Shown here piece by piece: positions 27,535 to 37,523 of a DNA stretch of 64,000 bases. Every line of letters begins with the position of its first letter. Within the stretch, counting starts at the first letter, position 1. Origin of the DNA: a bacterium (GTDB taxonomy: Bacteria; UBA8248); contig OZ244799.1 of NCBI GenBank assembly GCA_965219955.1, positions 128,001-192,000 on the forward strand, read 5' to 3'. The notes under the pieces are model-generated. The model searched no databases and was not told the origin of the DNA. It was given only the letters and a program-made list of their open reading frames with translations. Both the position numbers and the translations under genes were made by a program.

Positions 27535-28653
27535 CTAAGCCGGGGTATTCAACAATTCCATCACGTAGCGAACGCACTCGAAATGACGCGGTTCATTGCC
27601 AGGCGCGAAACCGGGCGCGTTCAACGCCCATAGCGGCACGACGCTTTCGTGCACAGAGCCGTGGCTTCTGAGCCTGACCTCGCGCTCGGCCTCCTCCATC
27701 ACGCCGAATACGGTCTCGGAATCCGCCAGCACCATGACCTCGCCCACCCGCCCGGGCATGAGTTGAAAGCGCGCGGCGGCTTCTTCGCGCGTGAGCGCAT
27801 CGTCGATCCCCGGATGCGCTTTCAGGATGGCGACGGCGTCGGCGAGAGTCTCCCCGTTTTCCAGGTGAACGTAGGCCGCGCCGCCCTGGTTGCCGTGGTG
27901 GACGACGTAGCGGTCCTTGATGATGGGGACGGCCTCTGCGCCGACGCCCTCAGCTCTCAGAATGACGCCGGGATCGAGCGCCCGTGTTTTATCAAGCATC
28001 CCGTGGTCGGCGGTGACGAAGACCGTCCCGTCCTTGTGAATACGCAACCAGCTATCGACGAGCCTTCCGACTTCCGCATCGAGCGCGGCGTGGTGCGCCT
28101 GCGCTTCTGCGTGCTCAGGCGCGTATTTGTGCTGCAGGTAGTCCGTTGTGGTGACGTAGAGAAGGTCCGGCTTTTGCTCTTCCAGCACTGCACGCGCCGC
28201 TCGCAGGAGCCAGAGGTTCACGGCCCCGCTGTATATCTCCTCTTTCGCGCCCGCTTTCCGGGTGAGCCATTCCGGCGGATCTTCTGCGGTGACGACAGTC
28301 CGCGCCCCTTTCCCTATCATGTCGCAGAGCTTTTGCTTGGAGGCCAGAACGGCTGTCGCGCGACCAGTCGCGCTGCCCGTCTCCATGAGGGTGGGCGCGA
28401 GAACGAAATCCCCCGATTCCATATAGACTTCCTCGCCCGTCTCTGGGTTCAGGAAGTAGTTGGCCGTTATGCCGTGCGCGGCGGGGGGCGCGCCGCAGAT
28501 CATCGAGACGTTGTTCACGTTGGTGACCGAGGGCATCTGGCAGGAAACGGTGTAGCGTGCGCCCTCGCTCGCGATTTTGTCCAGGTTCGGCGTCGGGGAG
28601 GCTTCGAAATAGGCAGGGTCGCCGCCGTCGATCAGGATGATGAGAGCGCGCAT
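27535..28653 (-). CDS. Alkaline phosphatase superfamily protein, phosphonoacetate hydrolase (PhnA)-like
   Basis: IDGGDP, MPSVTNVNNVS, YVTTTDYLQHKYAP, TADHGM and LRSHGS motifs. Confidence 0.8.
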   Translation of the reverse strand: MRALIILIDGGDPAYFEASPTPNLDKIASEGARYTVSCQMPSVTNVNNVSMICGAPPAAHGITANYFLNPETGEEVYMESGDFVLAPTLMETGSATGRATAVLASKQKLCDMIGKGARTVVTAEDPPEWLTRKAGAKEEIYSGAVNLWLLRAARAVLEEQKPDLLYVTTTDYLQHKYAPEHAEAQAHHAALDAEVGRLVDSWLRIHKDGTVFVTADHGMLDKTRALDPGVILRAEGVGAEAVPIIKDRYVVHHGNQGGAAYVHLENGETLADAVAILKAHPGIDDALTREEAAARFQLMPGRVGEVMVLADSETVFGVMEEAEREVRLRSHGSVHESVVPLWALNAPGFAPGNEPRHFECVRYVMELLNTPA

Positions 28654-28674
28654 TTTGAATTGACAGCCGGGAGA

Positions 28675-29955
28675 TCAGCCGAGGCGCCTTAGAGCCTTGG
28701 CGCCGATGTCTTTGCGGAAATAAACGTCTTCCCAGTAAATCAGGTCGCACGCCTCATAGGCGCGCGCGATAGCGGCGCGGATGTCCAGCCCGCGCGCGGT
28801 GACGCCCAGGACGCGGCCCCCGGAGGTGACGACCTCGCCAGTGTCGTTCAGGGCCGTTCCGGCGTGAAAGACGTGAACGCCGGGCAGGGCGTCGGCGTTT
28901 TCGATTCCCTGTATCGCGTCGCCCCTTCGGTAGGCGTCCGGGTAGCCGCCCGCCGCCATGACGACGCAGACCGCGGCGTCTTGCGAGTAGCGGATGCTCG
29001 TCTCGTGCAGGTTGCCCTCCACGCACGCCATGAGGACGGGCAGCAAGTCCCCCTCCATCCGGGTGAGCAGCGGCTGGCATTCGGGGTCGCCGAAGCGGCA
29101 GTTGAATTCCAGCACCTTCAAATCATCGCCCTGCACCATGAGGCCGGCGTAGAGAATCCCGCGGTAGGGGGTGCCCCGCCTCGCCATGGCGCGGATGGCG
29201 GGCTTGACCACGGTTTCGAGGGCCTTCTCTTCGAGCGCGCCCGAGAGCACGGGCGCAGGCGAATAAGCGCCCATGCCGCCCGTGTTGGGGCCGGTGTCGC
29301 CCTCGCCGACCGCCTTGTGGTCCTGCGCGGAGGCCATGGGGAGCGCGGTTTCCCCGTCCGCGAAGGCGAGAAAGCTCGCTTCTTCGCCCTCCAGGAATTC
29401 CTCGACCACGCAGGCGGCGCCCGCATCGCCGAAAGCTCTTTCCTCCATGATTTGGGATATCGCTTCGTGCGCGCTCGCCGCGTCGGGGCACAGGAGCACG
29501 CCCTTGCCTGCGGCGAGGCCGTCGGCCTTCACCGCCCACGCGCCGCCGCGCTCGGATACGAAATCCCTGGCTGCGCCTGCGTCCTCGAAAACGCCGTAGG
29601 CGGCGGTGGGGATTCCCGCCTCATCCATCAGGACCTTGGAGAACGCCTTGCTCGCCTCGATGCGCGCCGCCTCGGCGGATGGGCCGAACGCCGGAACCCC
29701 GAGCGCTTCGAGTTCATCCACGAGTCCCAGGGCGAGAGGGGCTTCCGGGCCGACGACGACCAAGCCCGGAGATTCTTCTTTGGCAAGCGAGAGGAGGCCC
29801 GCGATGTCCTCTGCGCCTACGGCCGCATTCCGCCCGACCCGGGCGGTGCCCGCGTTTCCGGGCGCGCAGACGACTTCCTCCACGTCCGGGCTTCGGCTGA
29901 GCTTCCAGGCCAGGGCGTGCTCGCGCCCGCCCCCGCCGACAATGATGACCTTCAT
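28675..29955 (-). CDS. purD: Phosphoribosylamine-glycine ligase
   Basis: GGGGREHALAW, KADGLAAGKGV, GPNTGGMGAY and EFNCRFGDPE motifs. Confidence 0.97.
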   Translation of the reverse strand: MKVIIVGGGGREHALAWKLSRSPDVEEVVCAPGNAGTARVGRNAAVGAEDIAGLLSLAKEESPGLVVVGPEAPLALGLVDELEALGVPAFGPSAEAARIEASKAFSKVLMDEAGIPTAAYGVFEDAGAARDFVSERGGAWAVKADGLAAGKGVLLCPDAASAHEAISQIMEERAFGDAGAACVVEEFLEGEEASFLAFADGETALPMASAQDHKAVGEGDTGPNTGGMGAYSPAPVLSGALEEKALETVVKPAIRAMARRGTPYRGILYAGLMVQGDDLKVLEFNCRFGDPECQPLLTRMEGDLLPVLMACVEGNLHETSIRYSQDAAVCVVMAAGGYPDAYRRGDAIQGIENADALPGVHVFHAGTALNDTGEVVTSGGRVLGVTARGLDIRAAIARAYEACDLIYWEDVYFRKDIGAKALRRLG

Positions 29956-30031
29956 CGGGTGTTCCCTTGGAAAATGGTGATGCCCACAACCTAAGGCGGC
30001 GCGAAAAAGGTGTCAAACATTAGAGGACATA

Positions 30032-30802
30032 TCAGCCCATGTCGCCGAGAGCGTGCTGCGCGATGGTGAGGAGCGACACGGGGGCCGTATCCGAACGCAG
30101 GATTCTGGGGCCCAGGGATACCGGCAGGAAGCCGCACTCCATCGCTCCTTTCGCCTCCTCGTCCGCGAGGTCTCCTTCAGGGCCCGTCAGGATGGCGACG
30201 CGAAGGGGCGGGCCGGTGTTTTCTCTACCCACGCGCGATAGCGCCTCTTTGACCGGAAGCGCATCTTCTCCCAGGTAGCCCATTATTTTGAGGTCGAAAT
30301 CCTCCGTCGCGGCGAGAAAACTATCGAGGTCGCCGAGTTGGTGTGCTATAGGCGGCGGCACGCGGTCGCACTGCTTGGCGGCTTCCAGGACGATGCGCCG
30401 CCACCGCCTGTGACGCTCCGCACGCCTTTTCTCCTGAATCCTGACTTCGCACCGCTCGAGCGCGAGCGGATGGAAGGCATCGGCGCCCAGTTCGCAGCCT
30501 TTCTGGAGCACCCACTCGAAACGCTCCCCTTTGAGCAGGGGGACGCCCAAGGCGATCGACAGGGGGGAGGGCGGTCTTCCTGGCAGGCGTTCGATGATTT
30601 TGCCGACGCTCTGCCTGTCGCCTATTTCCGTAAGCTCCACCTTGTATTCGCGTCCATCCTCCGACGCGGCGCGGCAGATTGCGCCCGCCCCCATCTTGAG
30701 GACGCGGCGGAGGTGAGCGGATTCCTCAGCCCCCAGGACGATCTGTTCGCCCTGAATAGCCTCGGTTGGAACGTAGAATAGCCGCAGCCCGTCGCGCGTC
30801 AT
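30032..30802 (-). CDS. rsmE: 16S rRNA (uracil-1498-N3)-methyltransferase
   Basis: HLRRVL, EAAKQC, GPEGD and SLGPRILRSDTA motifs; ATG 30802 overlaps the prmA stop. Confidence 0.93.
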   Translation of the reverse strand: MTRDGLRLFYVPTEAIQGEQIVLGAEESAHLRRVLKMGAGAICRAASEDGREYKVELTEIGDRQSVGKIIERLPGRPPSPLSIALGVPLLKGERFEWVLQKGCELGADAFHPLALERCEVRIQEKRRAERHRRWRRIVLEAAKQCDRVPPPIAHQLGDLDSFLAATEDFDLKIMGYLGEDALPVKEALSRVGRENTGPPLRVAILTGPEGDLADEEAKGAMECGFLPVSLGPRILRSDTAPVSLLTIAQHALGDMG

Positions 30803-31677
30803 GGTTTTATGACCTCGATGCTCGCCCATTCCTCGATCTGGTTCGTATGCTCGATGGAGAAACCGGCTTCTTCGTAGATGCGGGCGAGTGTCTCTGCCTG
30901 CTCAAAACCGATGCCCGAAAGAACGGACCGGCCCCCTGTGGCGAGCGCCCCGTGGGTGGGCGGCGCGAGTTCCCTCAAGGCGTCCAGAAAAATGTTCGCC
31001 GCGATGAAATCCACCTGGCCCCACCATTCTCCAAGCGCAGTTGGCGTGAGCGTCGTGCCCAGCGCCGTCATGCGATCTTCCACGCCGTTCCGCTCCGCCA
31101 GGGCGATGGTCTCCTCCACGGCTTTCGGATCCAGGTCGAACGCCGTTACGCGTTTTGCGCCGTAGAGCAGGGCGGCGACGCCCAGGATGCCGGAACCACA
31201 GCCTAAGTCCACCATGCGCTCGGGAGGGTTCCGGGCGCACATGCGTTCGATTGCGAGGAGAGCCAGGCGGGTAGAGGGGTGTCTGCCCGTGCCGAAGGCG
31301 AGGCCGGGTTCGATGAGCAACTCGACGCGCCCCTGTGGCGTCTCGCCCTCATCCCAGGGCGGCCTCACCCAGAGTCTCTCCCCGTAGGCTTCGCCTTTGA
31401 AATGGCCGCGAGACTGGGCGATCCAGTCCTGATCCTCGATGTTTTTTAACGTGATGGCGCTCTTCCCGACGCCCAGGTTGGCGAGGAGCGTTTCTATCGC
31501 GCGGAGTTTTTTGGTCGCGCCGTCTTCAAGCGCGATGTGCGTGATGAGTACGGACGCGCCCGCAGCGCCATCCCGCTCCTCCACGGCGGAAGCGCCCGCC
31601 TCCAGCATCCGGGCGGAGGCGTCCTCGGCCAGGGTCTCGGAAACCTCGATGATGAGTTCGAGCCATTTTTTCGTCAC
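30799..31677 (-). CDS. prmA: Ribosomal protein L11 methyltransferase
   Basis: EPGLAFGTGRHPST, DLGCGSGIL, ANI and LSGI motifs. Confidence 0.93.
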   Translation of the reverse strand: MTKKWLELIIEVSETLAEDASARMLEAGASAVEERDGAAGASVLITHIALEDGATKKLRAIETLLANLGVGKSAITLKNIEDQDWIAQSRGHFKGEAYGERLWVRPPWDEGETPQGRVELLIEPGLAFGTGRHPSTRLALLAIERMCARNPPERMVDLGCGSGILGVAALLYGAKRVTAFDLDPKAVEETIALAERNGVEDRMTALGTTLTPTALGEWWGQVDFIAANIFLDALRELAPPTHGALATGGRSVLSGIGFEQAETLARIYEEAGFSIEHTNQIEEWASIEVIKP

Positions 31678-31690
31678 AGGCTCTCGCGAT

Positions 31691-32776
31691 TTACTCCGGC
31701 AGGCGAACCACGGCCGAGCCCGCCGTCGCCAGCTCGCCCTCCTGGTTCGTTCCGGTGATCTCCACCTTCACGGTGCGCTCGGCCTCGTTCTTCTCGACCA
31801 CCTCCCCCTTGTGCCAGATGGTGTCGCCGTAGATCATGGGGCGGCGCACCTGGACGTAGAGGTTCTTCAGGAACGCGTCGTCCCCCATCCAGTTCGTGAT
31901 GAAGGGGCTCACCCAGGCGAAGCGCATGACGCCGTTGTCGAAAGGCCCGGGCATCCCGCGTCCCGAGGCGAGGTTGAAGTCCTCGTGCTGCTGGGAGTTT
32001 TTCACCTTGATCCCGATCTGGGGGATCATGACCGCGTTGTGCGGCGCTTTTTTGAGGTCGAGATAGCCGCGCCTGCCCGCCTTGTAGGAGGGGCCGTTGC
32101 CCGCGTTCCAGGCCACCATGTCGCCGATGGTGAGGGGGCCGCGGAGCATGGCCGGGAGTTCATCGCCGACGGACACGTCCGCGAAACGGCGCTTCTCGCC
32201 GCCTCGTCTTTCCTCCGCCTGGTAGGCGTTTTCGATTTCTTGGAATTCCGCCTCATCATACTTCTTGACGGGCCGCTCGTAGAGGAGCGCGTTTCCCTCC
32301 TGCAAGGTGCGGATCATCGTGCCGATGCCCCTGGCGACGACTTCATCCGCCTCGTTCCAGTAGGTGCACTCCGAGATGATGAAGATGAGCTGTCGGCCCG
32401 CCTTGTTCGTCTTGACGAAAGAGTCTTTCTGGACCGACTCCGCGCGGAGCTTTGTGCCCCGGGAGACGGGTTTTTCCCACTCGAATTCCACGCCCCCGAT
32501 GAGGGAGGAGAGGGGCGCCTCCATGGGCGCGCCGTGGAGGATCGGGTAGAGGACCGACACCAGAAACGCGGGCGGCGCCATGATGCCCTGGTGAGATGTG
32601 CCCGAAGCGTATCCGGCGTCCAGCCAGAGCGGGTTATCGTCGTCGATGCCGTAGGCGAAATGGCGGATGGCGTCTGCGCTCGCCTCGTTGTTCCACGCCT
32701 CGCGCTCGCGCACGGGCTTGCCGTTCAGTGCTTGTGTTTTCTCGATGAACTCATCGATGCGTGCTTGATTCGACAA
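31691..32776 (-). CDS. Double-hotdog (MaoC/FAS1-like) acyl dehydratase
   Basis: IRHFAYGIDDDNPLW...APPAF in the first domain; FADVSVGDELP, FITNWMGDD and GDT in the second. Confidence 0.8.
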   Translation of the reverse strand: MSNQARIDEFIEKTQALNGKPVREREAWNNEASADAIRHFAYGIDDDNPLWLDAGYASGTSHQGIMAPPAFLVSVLYPILHGAPMEAPLSSLIGGVEFEWEKPVSRGTKLRAESVQKDSFVKTNKAGRQLIFIISECTYWNEADEVVARGIGTMIRTLQEGNALLYERPVKKYDEAEFQEIENAYQAEERRGGEKRRFADVSVGDELPAMLRGPLTIGDMVAWNAGNGPSYKAGRRGYLDLKKAPHNAVMIPQIGIKVKNSQQHEDFNLASGRGMPGPFDNGVMRFAWVSPFITNWMGDDAFLKNLYVQVRRPMIYGDTIWHKGEVVEKNEAERTVKVEITGTNQEGELATAGSAVVRLPE

Positions 32777-32893
32777 TGTAGGATGCTCCTGTGTCTGTTG
32801 TGCGAGGGTATATTGAATTGTGCGGTGAATTTTGCTTTCAGGATGAGTTATGTAGCAGGAATTCGAGAGGGCAACAAGGCGGCCCGGGCCACT

Positions 32894-33979
32894 TTATTCG
32901 AGAAGGGATTTCATTTTCTCGAGAAACCTCCGGGTCCGCGGGTGGGTGGACGGCGAGGAGATTCTCTGGAACTCGGCCAGCATTTCACGCTGGCGCTCGC
33001 TGAGCTTGGTGGGCGTTTCGATGATGACGCGGATGCATAGATCGCCCGTGTTCCGCCCGCCCGCCGGCGAGAGACCTTCTCCTTGCAGGCGAAATTCCCG
33101 GCCCGACTGGGTTCCCGCGGGGATCTTGATCGTCCGCGTTCCCCTGAGCGTGGGTACTGTGGCTTCGTGGCCGAGGGCGGCCTGGGAGAAACTCACCGGC
33201 AGGTCGAAGAGGATGTCGTTGCCCTCCCTCCGGAAAAGGGGGTGCGGTTTCGCGCGCGCAGTGACGATGAGGTCTCCCGCCTCGCCGGTGCGCGCGTCCT
33301 CATCGCCCGTGCCCTTGATCCTGATTTGAGCGCCCTCTTTGGCCGCGGCGGGAATCGCCACCCTAACGTTCTCCTGCCTGCTCGTGACGCCCTCTCCCCC
33401 GCAGGCCCGGCAGGCCTCGCCCGTGTGTTTCCCGCTGCCGTCGCAAGCGGAGCAGGGAACCCACAACTCCGCGAGTCCCTGCCTGTAGCGAACCTCGCCC
33501 GCGCCCTTGCACGCGGGGCAGGCGCCCACCCGCGCGCCCGCCTCAAAGCCGCTTCCTTCGCAAGAGGCGCAGCGGACGCGGCGCGAAACGGAGACCTCCT
33601 TTTCGGAGTCGCGCGTCAATTCCTCGAGCGTCACTTCTATCTGGGCGTGCAAGTCCCGAGACTTGGGTTTTTTCTCATCCGCAGGCTCACGCGCGCTCCG
33701 GAAGATATGGGAGAAGATGTCCTCCCATTTTTCCTCGTACTCGCCTCTTTGGCGCGCCGATTTCCGCCCCCGAGGAGTAGCGCGGTCAGCGGAGCGTTTC
33801 GGGTTTTTGAGGGTTTCGTGGGCGATGACGATCTGCTTGAAGCGCCTTTCGGCCTCGGGGTCGCCGGGGTTTCTGTCCGGGTGGAATTCGAGCGCCAGTT
33901 TCTTGTAGGCGCTTTTGAGTTGGGATGCCGAGGGGTTTTTCTCCAGGCCCAGAATCTTGAGGGCGTCGGTGATGTTCAA
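32894..33979 (-). CDS. dnaJ: DnaJ-family co-chaperone
   Basis: J-domain with HPD, four CxxCxGxG repeats and C-terminal IPAGTQSG domain; the G/F-rich linker is absent. Confidence 0.82.
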   Translation of the reverse strand: MNITDALKILGLEKNPSASQLKSAYKKLALEFHPDRNPGDPEAERRFKQIVIAHETLKNPKRSADRATPRGRKSARQRGEYEEKWEDIFSHIFRSAREPADEKKPKSRDLHAQIEVTLEELTRDSEKEVSVSRRVRCASCEGSGFEAGARVGACPACKGAGEVRYRQGLAELWVPCSACDGSGKHTGEACRACGGEGVTSRQENVRVAIPAAAKEGAQIRIKGTGDEDARTGEAGDLIVTARAKPHPLFRREGNDILFDLPVSFSQAALGHEATVPTLRGTRTIKIPAGTQSGREFRLQGEGLSPAGGRNTGDLCIRVIIETPTKLSERQREMLAEFQRISSPSTHPRTRRFLEKMKSLLE

Positions 33980-34028
33980 GGAATCATGACCTCCGCCGGG
34001 GAACCTGGGGTTGAAAGCGCTTTTTTGT

Positions 34029-35081
34029 CTATCGTTTTCCGGAGGAGAGGAATTTCGACACCGAATCCGCCGTCCATTCCACGAGCGAGACGGCGCGGTC
34101 GTAGCGCATGCGCTTGGGGCCGATGATGCCGATGCTGCCCAGCGGGCGATCGTCCATGTAGTAGCGCTGGGCTACGACGCTGCAATCCTTCATTTCCTCG
34201 AAGTCGTTCTCCGAGCCGATGAGAATGGTGATGTCCGAGGAGCCCAGGCACTTGTCCAGCAGGCGCACGAGTTTTTCCCTTTCCTCGAACGTGCGGTAGA
34301 GGGACTGGAGCTTTTCCGCGTTGGTGGCGAAATCAGGCTGTGAGAACACGCGCGAGGCCCCTTCCACGAAAAGAGGTTCCTGCGCGGCTTCGGATTCCGA
34401 GAGCGCCTCCTTGCTGAGCTTGAGGGCCTGCCGGTAGAGGGTGTCGAGGCTGTCCCGCGCATGGGCCATTTTCTGGATAATCTTCTCGCGCACGTCCCTC
34501 AGGGCGAGGCCGCTGAACTCCTCGTTCAGGAGGTTCGAAATCCTGTTCAACTCTTCCTGGTCGATGGGGGTTTCGGTCGGGATGACGCGGTTTTGCACCA
34601 CCCCGCTCATGGAGACGATGACGGCCAGGGTCTTTTCTTCCGACATCTTCACGAAGTTGATGTGCTTGAAGTGGAGCTGTTCCCCTGCGGGCAGGAGCAC
34701 GAGCCCAGCCGTGTTGGTGAGTTCCGAAAGTATGCGGGTGGCCTGCGCGAGCACCTGTTCGATCTGAGCGGCCTGCGCGGAGGCGCCGAGGCGCATGGAC
34801 TCCTCCTCCTCGCTCGTGAGGGTGTGCGAATCCATCAGGTCGTCGACGAAGATGCGATACCCCAGGTCGGTGGGGAGCCTGCCGGAGGAGATGTGGGGCT
34901 TGGTGAGGAAGCCCGCGTCGGCCAGGTCGCTCATGATGTTGCGGATGGTGGCGGGGCTCAGGGCGATGTCGGTGTACTTCGAGAGCGTGCGGCTCCCCAC
35001 GGGTTCGCCCGTATCCACGAAAATGTTGATGATGGCGCGCAGGATTTCCCGGTTTCTCTGGGCAAGTTCCAGGGCATCCAT
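34029..35081 (-). CDS. hrcA: Heat-inducible transcription repressor HrcA
   Basis: C-terminal part of the 1138-aa track ORF, from MDALELAQR. Motifs EPVGSRTL, SPATIRNIMSDL, PHISSGRLPTDLGYR and GIIGPKRMRY. Confidence 0.95.
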   Translation of the reverse strand: MDALELAQRNREILRAIINIFVDTGEPVGSRTLSKYTDIALSPATIRNIMSDLADAGFLTKPHISSGRLPTDLGYRIFVDDLMDSHTLTSEEEESMRLGASAQAAQIEQVLAQATRILSELTNTAGLVLLPAGEQLHFKHINFVKMSEEKTLAVIVSMSGVVQNRVIPTETPIDQEELNRISNLLNEEFSGLALRDVREKIIQKMAHARDSLDTLYRQALKLSKEALSESEAAQEPLFVEGASRVFSQPDFATNAEKLQSLYRTFEEREKLVRLLDKCLGSSDITILIGSENDFEEMKDCSVVAQRYYMDDRPLGSIGIIGPKRMRYDRAVSLVEWTADSVSKFLSSGKR

Positions 35082-35125
35082 ATCGCGAGTCTCCCGGTGA
35101 GGCGTCTTTCGCGCTGAATTTTGGT

Positions 35126-35152
35126 GTGGCACTCCGGCGCATGGAGTGCTAA
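35126..35152 (-). promoter_or_regulatory. CIRCE operator
   Basis: Minus strand TTAGCACTC-N9-GAGTGCCAC (consensus TTAGCACTC-N9-GAGTGCTAA), about 45 bp upstream of hrcA. Confidence 0.93.
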
Positions 35153-35159
35153 TTTGTTC

Positions 35160-35188
35160 AAGATATGGGGGGATTTTCCCCGTGTCAA
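35160..35188 (-). promoter_or_regulatory. Sigma70-type promoter of hrcA
   Basis: TTGACA-N17-TATCTT immediately upstream of the CIRCE. Confidence 0.8.
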
Positions 35189-35294
35189 GCGGGCGGCGCC
35201 GGGACGGGGTAGCGGTTTTCAGAGCCGGAAACGCAAAACTCCGGCGCCCGGCGCCAGGGCTGAGCGAAAGCCGCCGATATTCTAAGGGAAGCCG

Positions 35295-37523
35295 ATGCCG
35301 AACGCATGGACGAGGGCCATTCGGGTGAATTTGAGACGATGGTTCGGGCGGCGGACGCCGCCGCGCCCGGGGTCGGTCCATGAAGCCGGGGATTCGGCGC
35401 GCTCGCGCATCGCCCGTTCGCGCCGGGCGAACCGGAAGTTCCAGTACTGCACGATAAGCGCGACGTTCGTTCTGATCGTGTTGTTGAGTTTTCTCTCCTA
35501 CCGCCTCTACGCGGACACCAAGGCCGAGACCGAGGAGAGGTCCAACCGCCGCCAGCTTCTTCTCGTGGAGCAGGCCGGCGACCGGATCGCCTCGTTCCTG
35601 GAGGCGCTCACGGCGACTTTGCGCTACAGCGCGGGTTTCCTGCGCACCATCGAACCCGACCATCCCGGACGAATGGCGGTGATGATGGGTTTGTACGAAA
35701 GGCTTGGCGGAAGGTTTCGCGTGAGCGAACTGGGCTACCTGCAGGGAGCGGATGAGCAGATCGCCGCGATTCCCAGGGAATACCTCGAAAAACTGGCGAA
35801 CTGTTTTTGGCCGGAGGGCGCATGTATACTCGTGATTCGCGATAAAGCCCAGAGGGTCTCCTCCCTGTTGGCGGCGGTGCCCGTGGCGTCCAAAGGAGAC
35901 GGGACCGAAGGATCCGAGGTGCAGCGGAAGCGCGACTGGCTCTACGCGCAAATTTCCATGACGGATCTGGCGCGCGCCTTCGTCGAGCCCGTTCAATCGG
36001 GTGGCCGCGAGCGGGCGTGGCTCGTGGACGGCGAGGGCAGAATCATCCTCCCTCCTGGCATCCCCCGGCTGGAAGGGGTTCGATTGTCCATCCTCGCGCG
36101 CGAGTTGGGGGATGGAAGACTGGAAAAACTCGCCGGGCGCATGAAGAAAGAAGTGAATGGTTTCGATTGGCATCTCGACTTGAGACCGGGGAATAAAGAA
36201 AAACGCTTGCGGTACCTGACGGCTTTCAGCAACTTTCCCGTAGGGCATGAGAAGTGGACGTTCGCCCTCACGGCGCCCTCCACCGAATTCGTCGGATTGA
36301 TCGGAAGCCTGTTCCGGAAGGGTCTGCTCCTGACGGCTTTCGGTTTCATCGCCTTGATACTGGCCGCTCTCTTGATCCTCGATCGCGAGCGCAGGCGCAT
36401 ACGGGCCGAGGACAGAATCCACTGGTCCGAACAGGTGCTGGAGAGCAACAGGCGGCTTCAGGCGTTGTTCGACGGCATCACGGACGCCATCGGCATTCTG
36501 GACAAGGATTTCCGCATCCGGATGCTCAATCGCTCGATGGGAAGGCTCTTCGGGCGCGAGACGTCCGATTTGCTGGATCAGAAATGGGAGAGAACGCCGC
36601 TCAGCGCGGTGCCGGAGTCGTTCGTCGAACGCTCCATCGTGGTCGATACGTTCGCGACCGGCGAGCCGGGATTTATCGAAAAGTCGATTTTGTGGGAAGA
36701 TGAGCGACGGATGGATATGGAATACTATACCTATCCGATTCTCGACGCCTCGGGAGCGACGCTTCAGGTGATTTTGTATTTGAAGGACGTGACCGGGCGC
36801 AAGGCGCTCGAAAAAGAGGTTCTCTACCGCGACAGGCTCTCGATCGTCGGAAAGATGAGCGAGCAGGTGGCGCATTCCATACGCAATCCCCTCTCGGCCA
36901 TCAGCCTGAACTCGGAATTGCTCGGCGATGAGTTGTCGCAATTCAAGGAGTCGGACACCGCCGAGGCATGGACGCTGCTCAAATCCGTCAGGGCGGAAGT
37001 GGACATCCTCAGCCAGGTGACGGCCGATTATCTCAAGTTCGTGCGGATGCCCAGCCTGGAGAAGACGCCTATCGACTGCAACGAGATGCTCGAGGATTTG
37101 CTGGACCTGCACGCGGAAGTGGCGGCGAGCAGGAGGATCCGGATCGAAAAGGAGTTCGAAAGAGATATCCCCGAGGTCATCCTGGATGAAACGCAAATGC
37201 GCGTCGCCATTCAGAACCTCATCTTGAACGGCTTCGACGCGATGCCCGACGGCGGCCGCCTGCTCGTGAAAACCGAACTGGAGAATCAACACCTCGCCAT
37301 CCGGATATCGGACAGCGGCAAGGGCATCAGCCTCGAGGAGCAGGCCTCTTTGTTCACGCCGTTTTTCACGACGAAGGCGAACGGAACCGGCCTCGGCCTC
37401 GTGTTGAGCCGGCAAATCATCACCGAGCACAACGGTAGCATCCACTTCGAGAGCGAGGGGGGGACGGGCGCCACCTTCATCGTCGAACTCCCTCTCGCCG
37501 TTGCGCAGGAGGCGAGAGCATGA
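35295..37523 (+). CDS. Membrane sensor histidine kinase with PAS domain
   Basis: Two TM segments around a periplasmic domain, PAS region, H-box VAHSIRNPL, NLILNGFDAM, DSGKGI and FTPFFTTK...GTGLGL. Start uncertain. Confidence 0.9.
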   Translation: MPNAWTRAIRVNLRRWFGRRTPPRPGSVHEAGDSARSRIARSRRANRKFQYCTISATFVLIVLLSFLSYRLYADTKAETEERSNRRQLLLVEQAGDRIASFLEALTATLRYSAGFLRTIEPDHPGRMAVMMGLYERLGGRFRVSELGYLQGADEQIAAIPREYLEKLANCFWPEGACILVIRDKAQRVSSLLAAVPVASKGDGTEGSEVQRKRDWLYAQISMTDLARAFVEPVQSGGRERAWLVDGEGRIILPPGIPRLEGVRLSILARELGDGRLEKLAGRMKKEVNGFDWHLDLRPGNKEKRLRYLTAFSNFPVGHEKWTFALTAPSTEFVGLIGSLFRKGLLLTAFGFIALILAALLILDRERRRIRAEDRIHWSEQVLESNRRLQALFDGITDAIGILDKDFRIRMLNRSMGRLFGRETSDLLDQKWERTPLSAVPESFVERSIVVDTFATGEPGFIEKSILWEDERRMDMEYYTYPILDASGATLQVILYLKDVTGRKALEKEVLYRDRLSIVGKMSEQVAHSIRNPLSAISLNSELLGDELSQFKESDTAEAWTLLKSVRAEVDILSQVTADYLKFVRMPSLEKTPIDCNEMLEDLLDLHAEVAASRRIRIEKEFERDIPEVILDETQMRVAIQNLILNGFDAMPDGGRLLVKTELENQHLAIRISDSGKGISLEEQASLFTPFFTTKANGTGLGLVLSRQIITEHNGSIHFESEGGTGATFIVELPLAVAQEARA

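Noticed and set aside
35082-37445. Apparent 788-aa N-terminal extension of HrcA (1138-aa track ORF)
   Set aside because: It is the antisense of the histidine kinase. The promoter and CIRCE directly upstream of ATG 35081 mark the real start.
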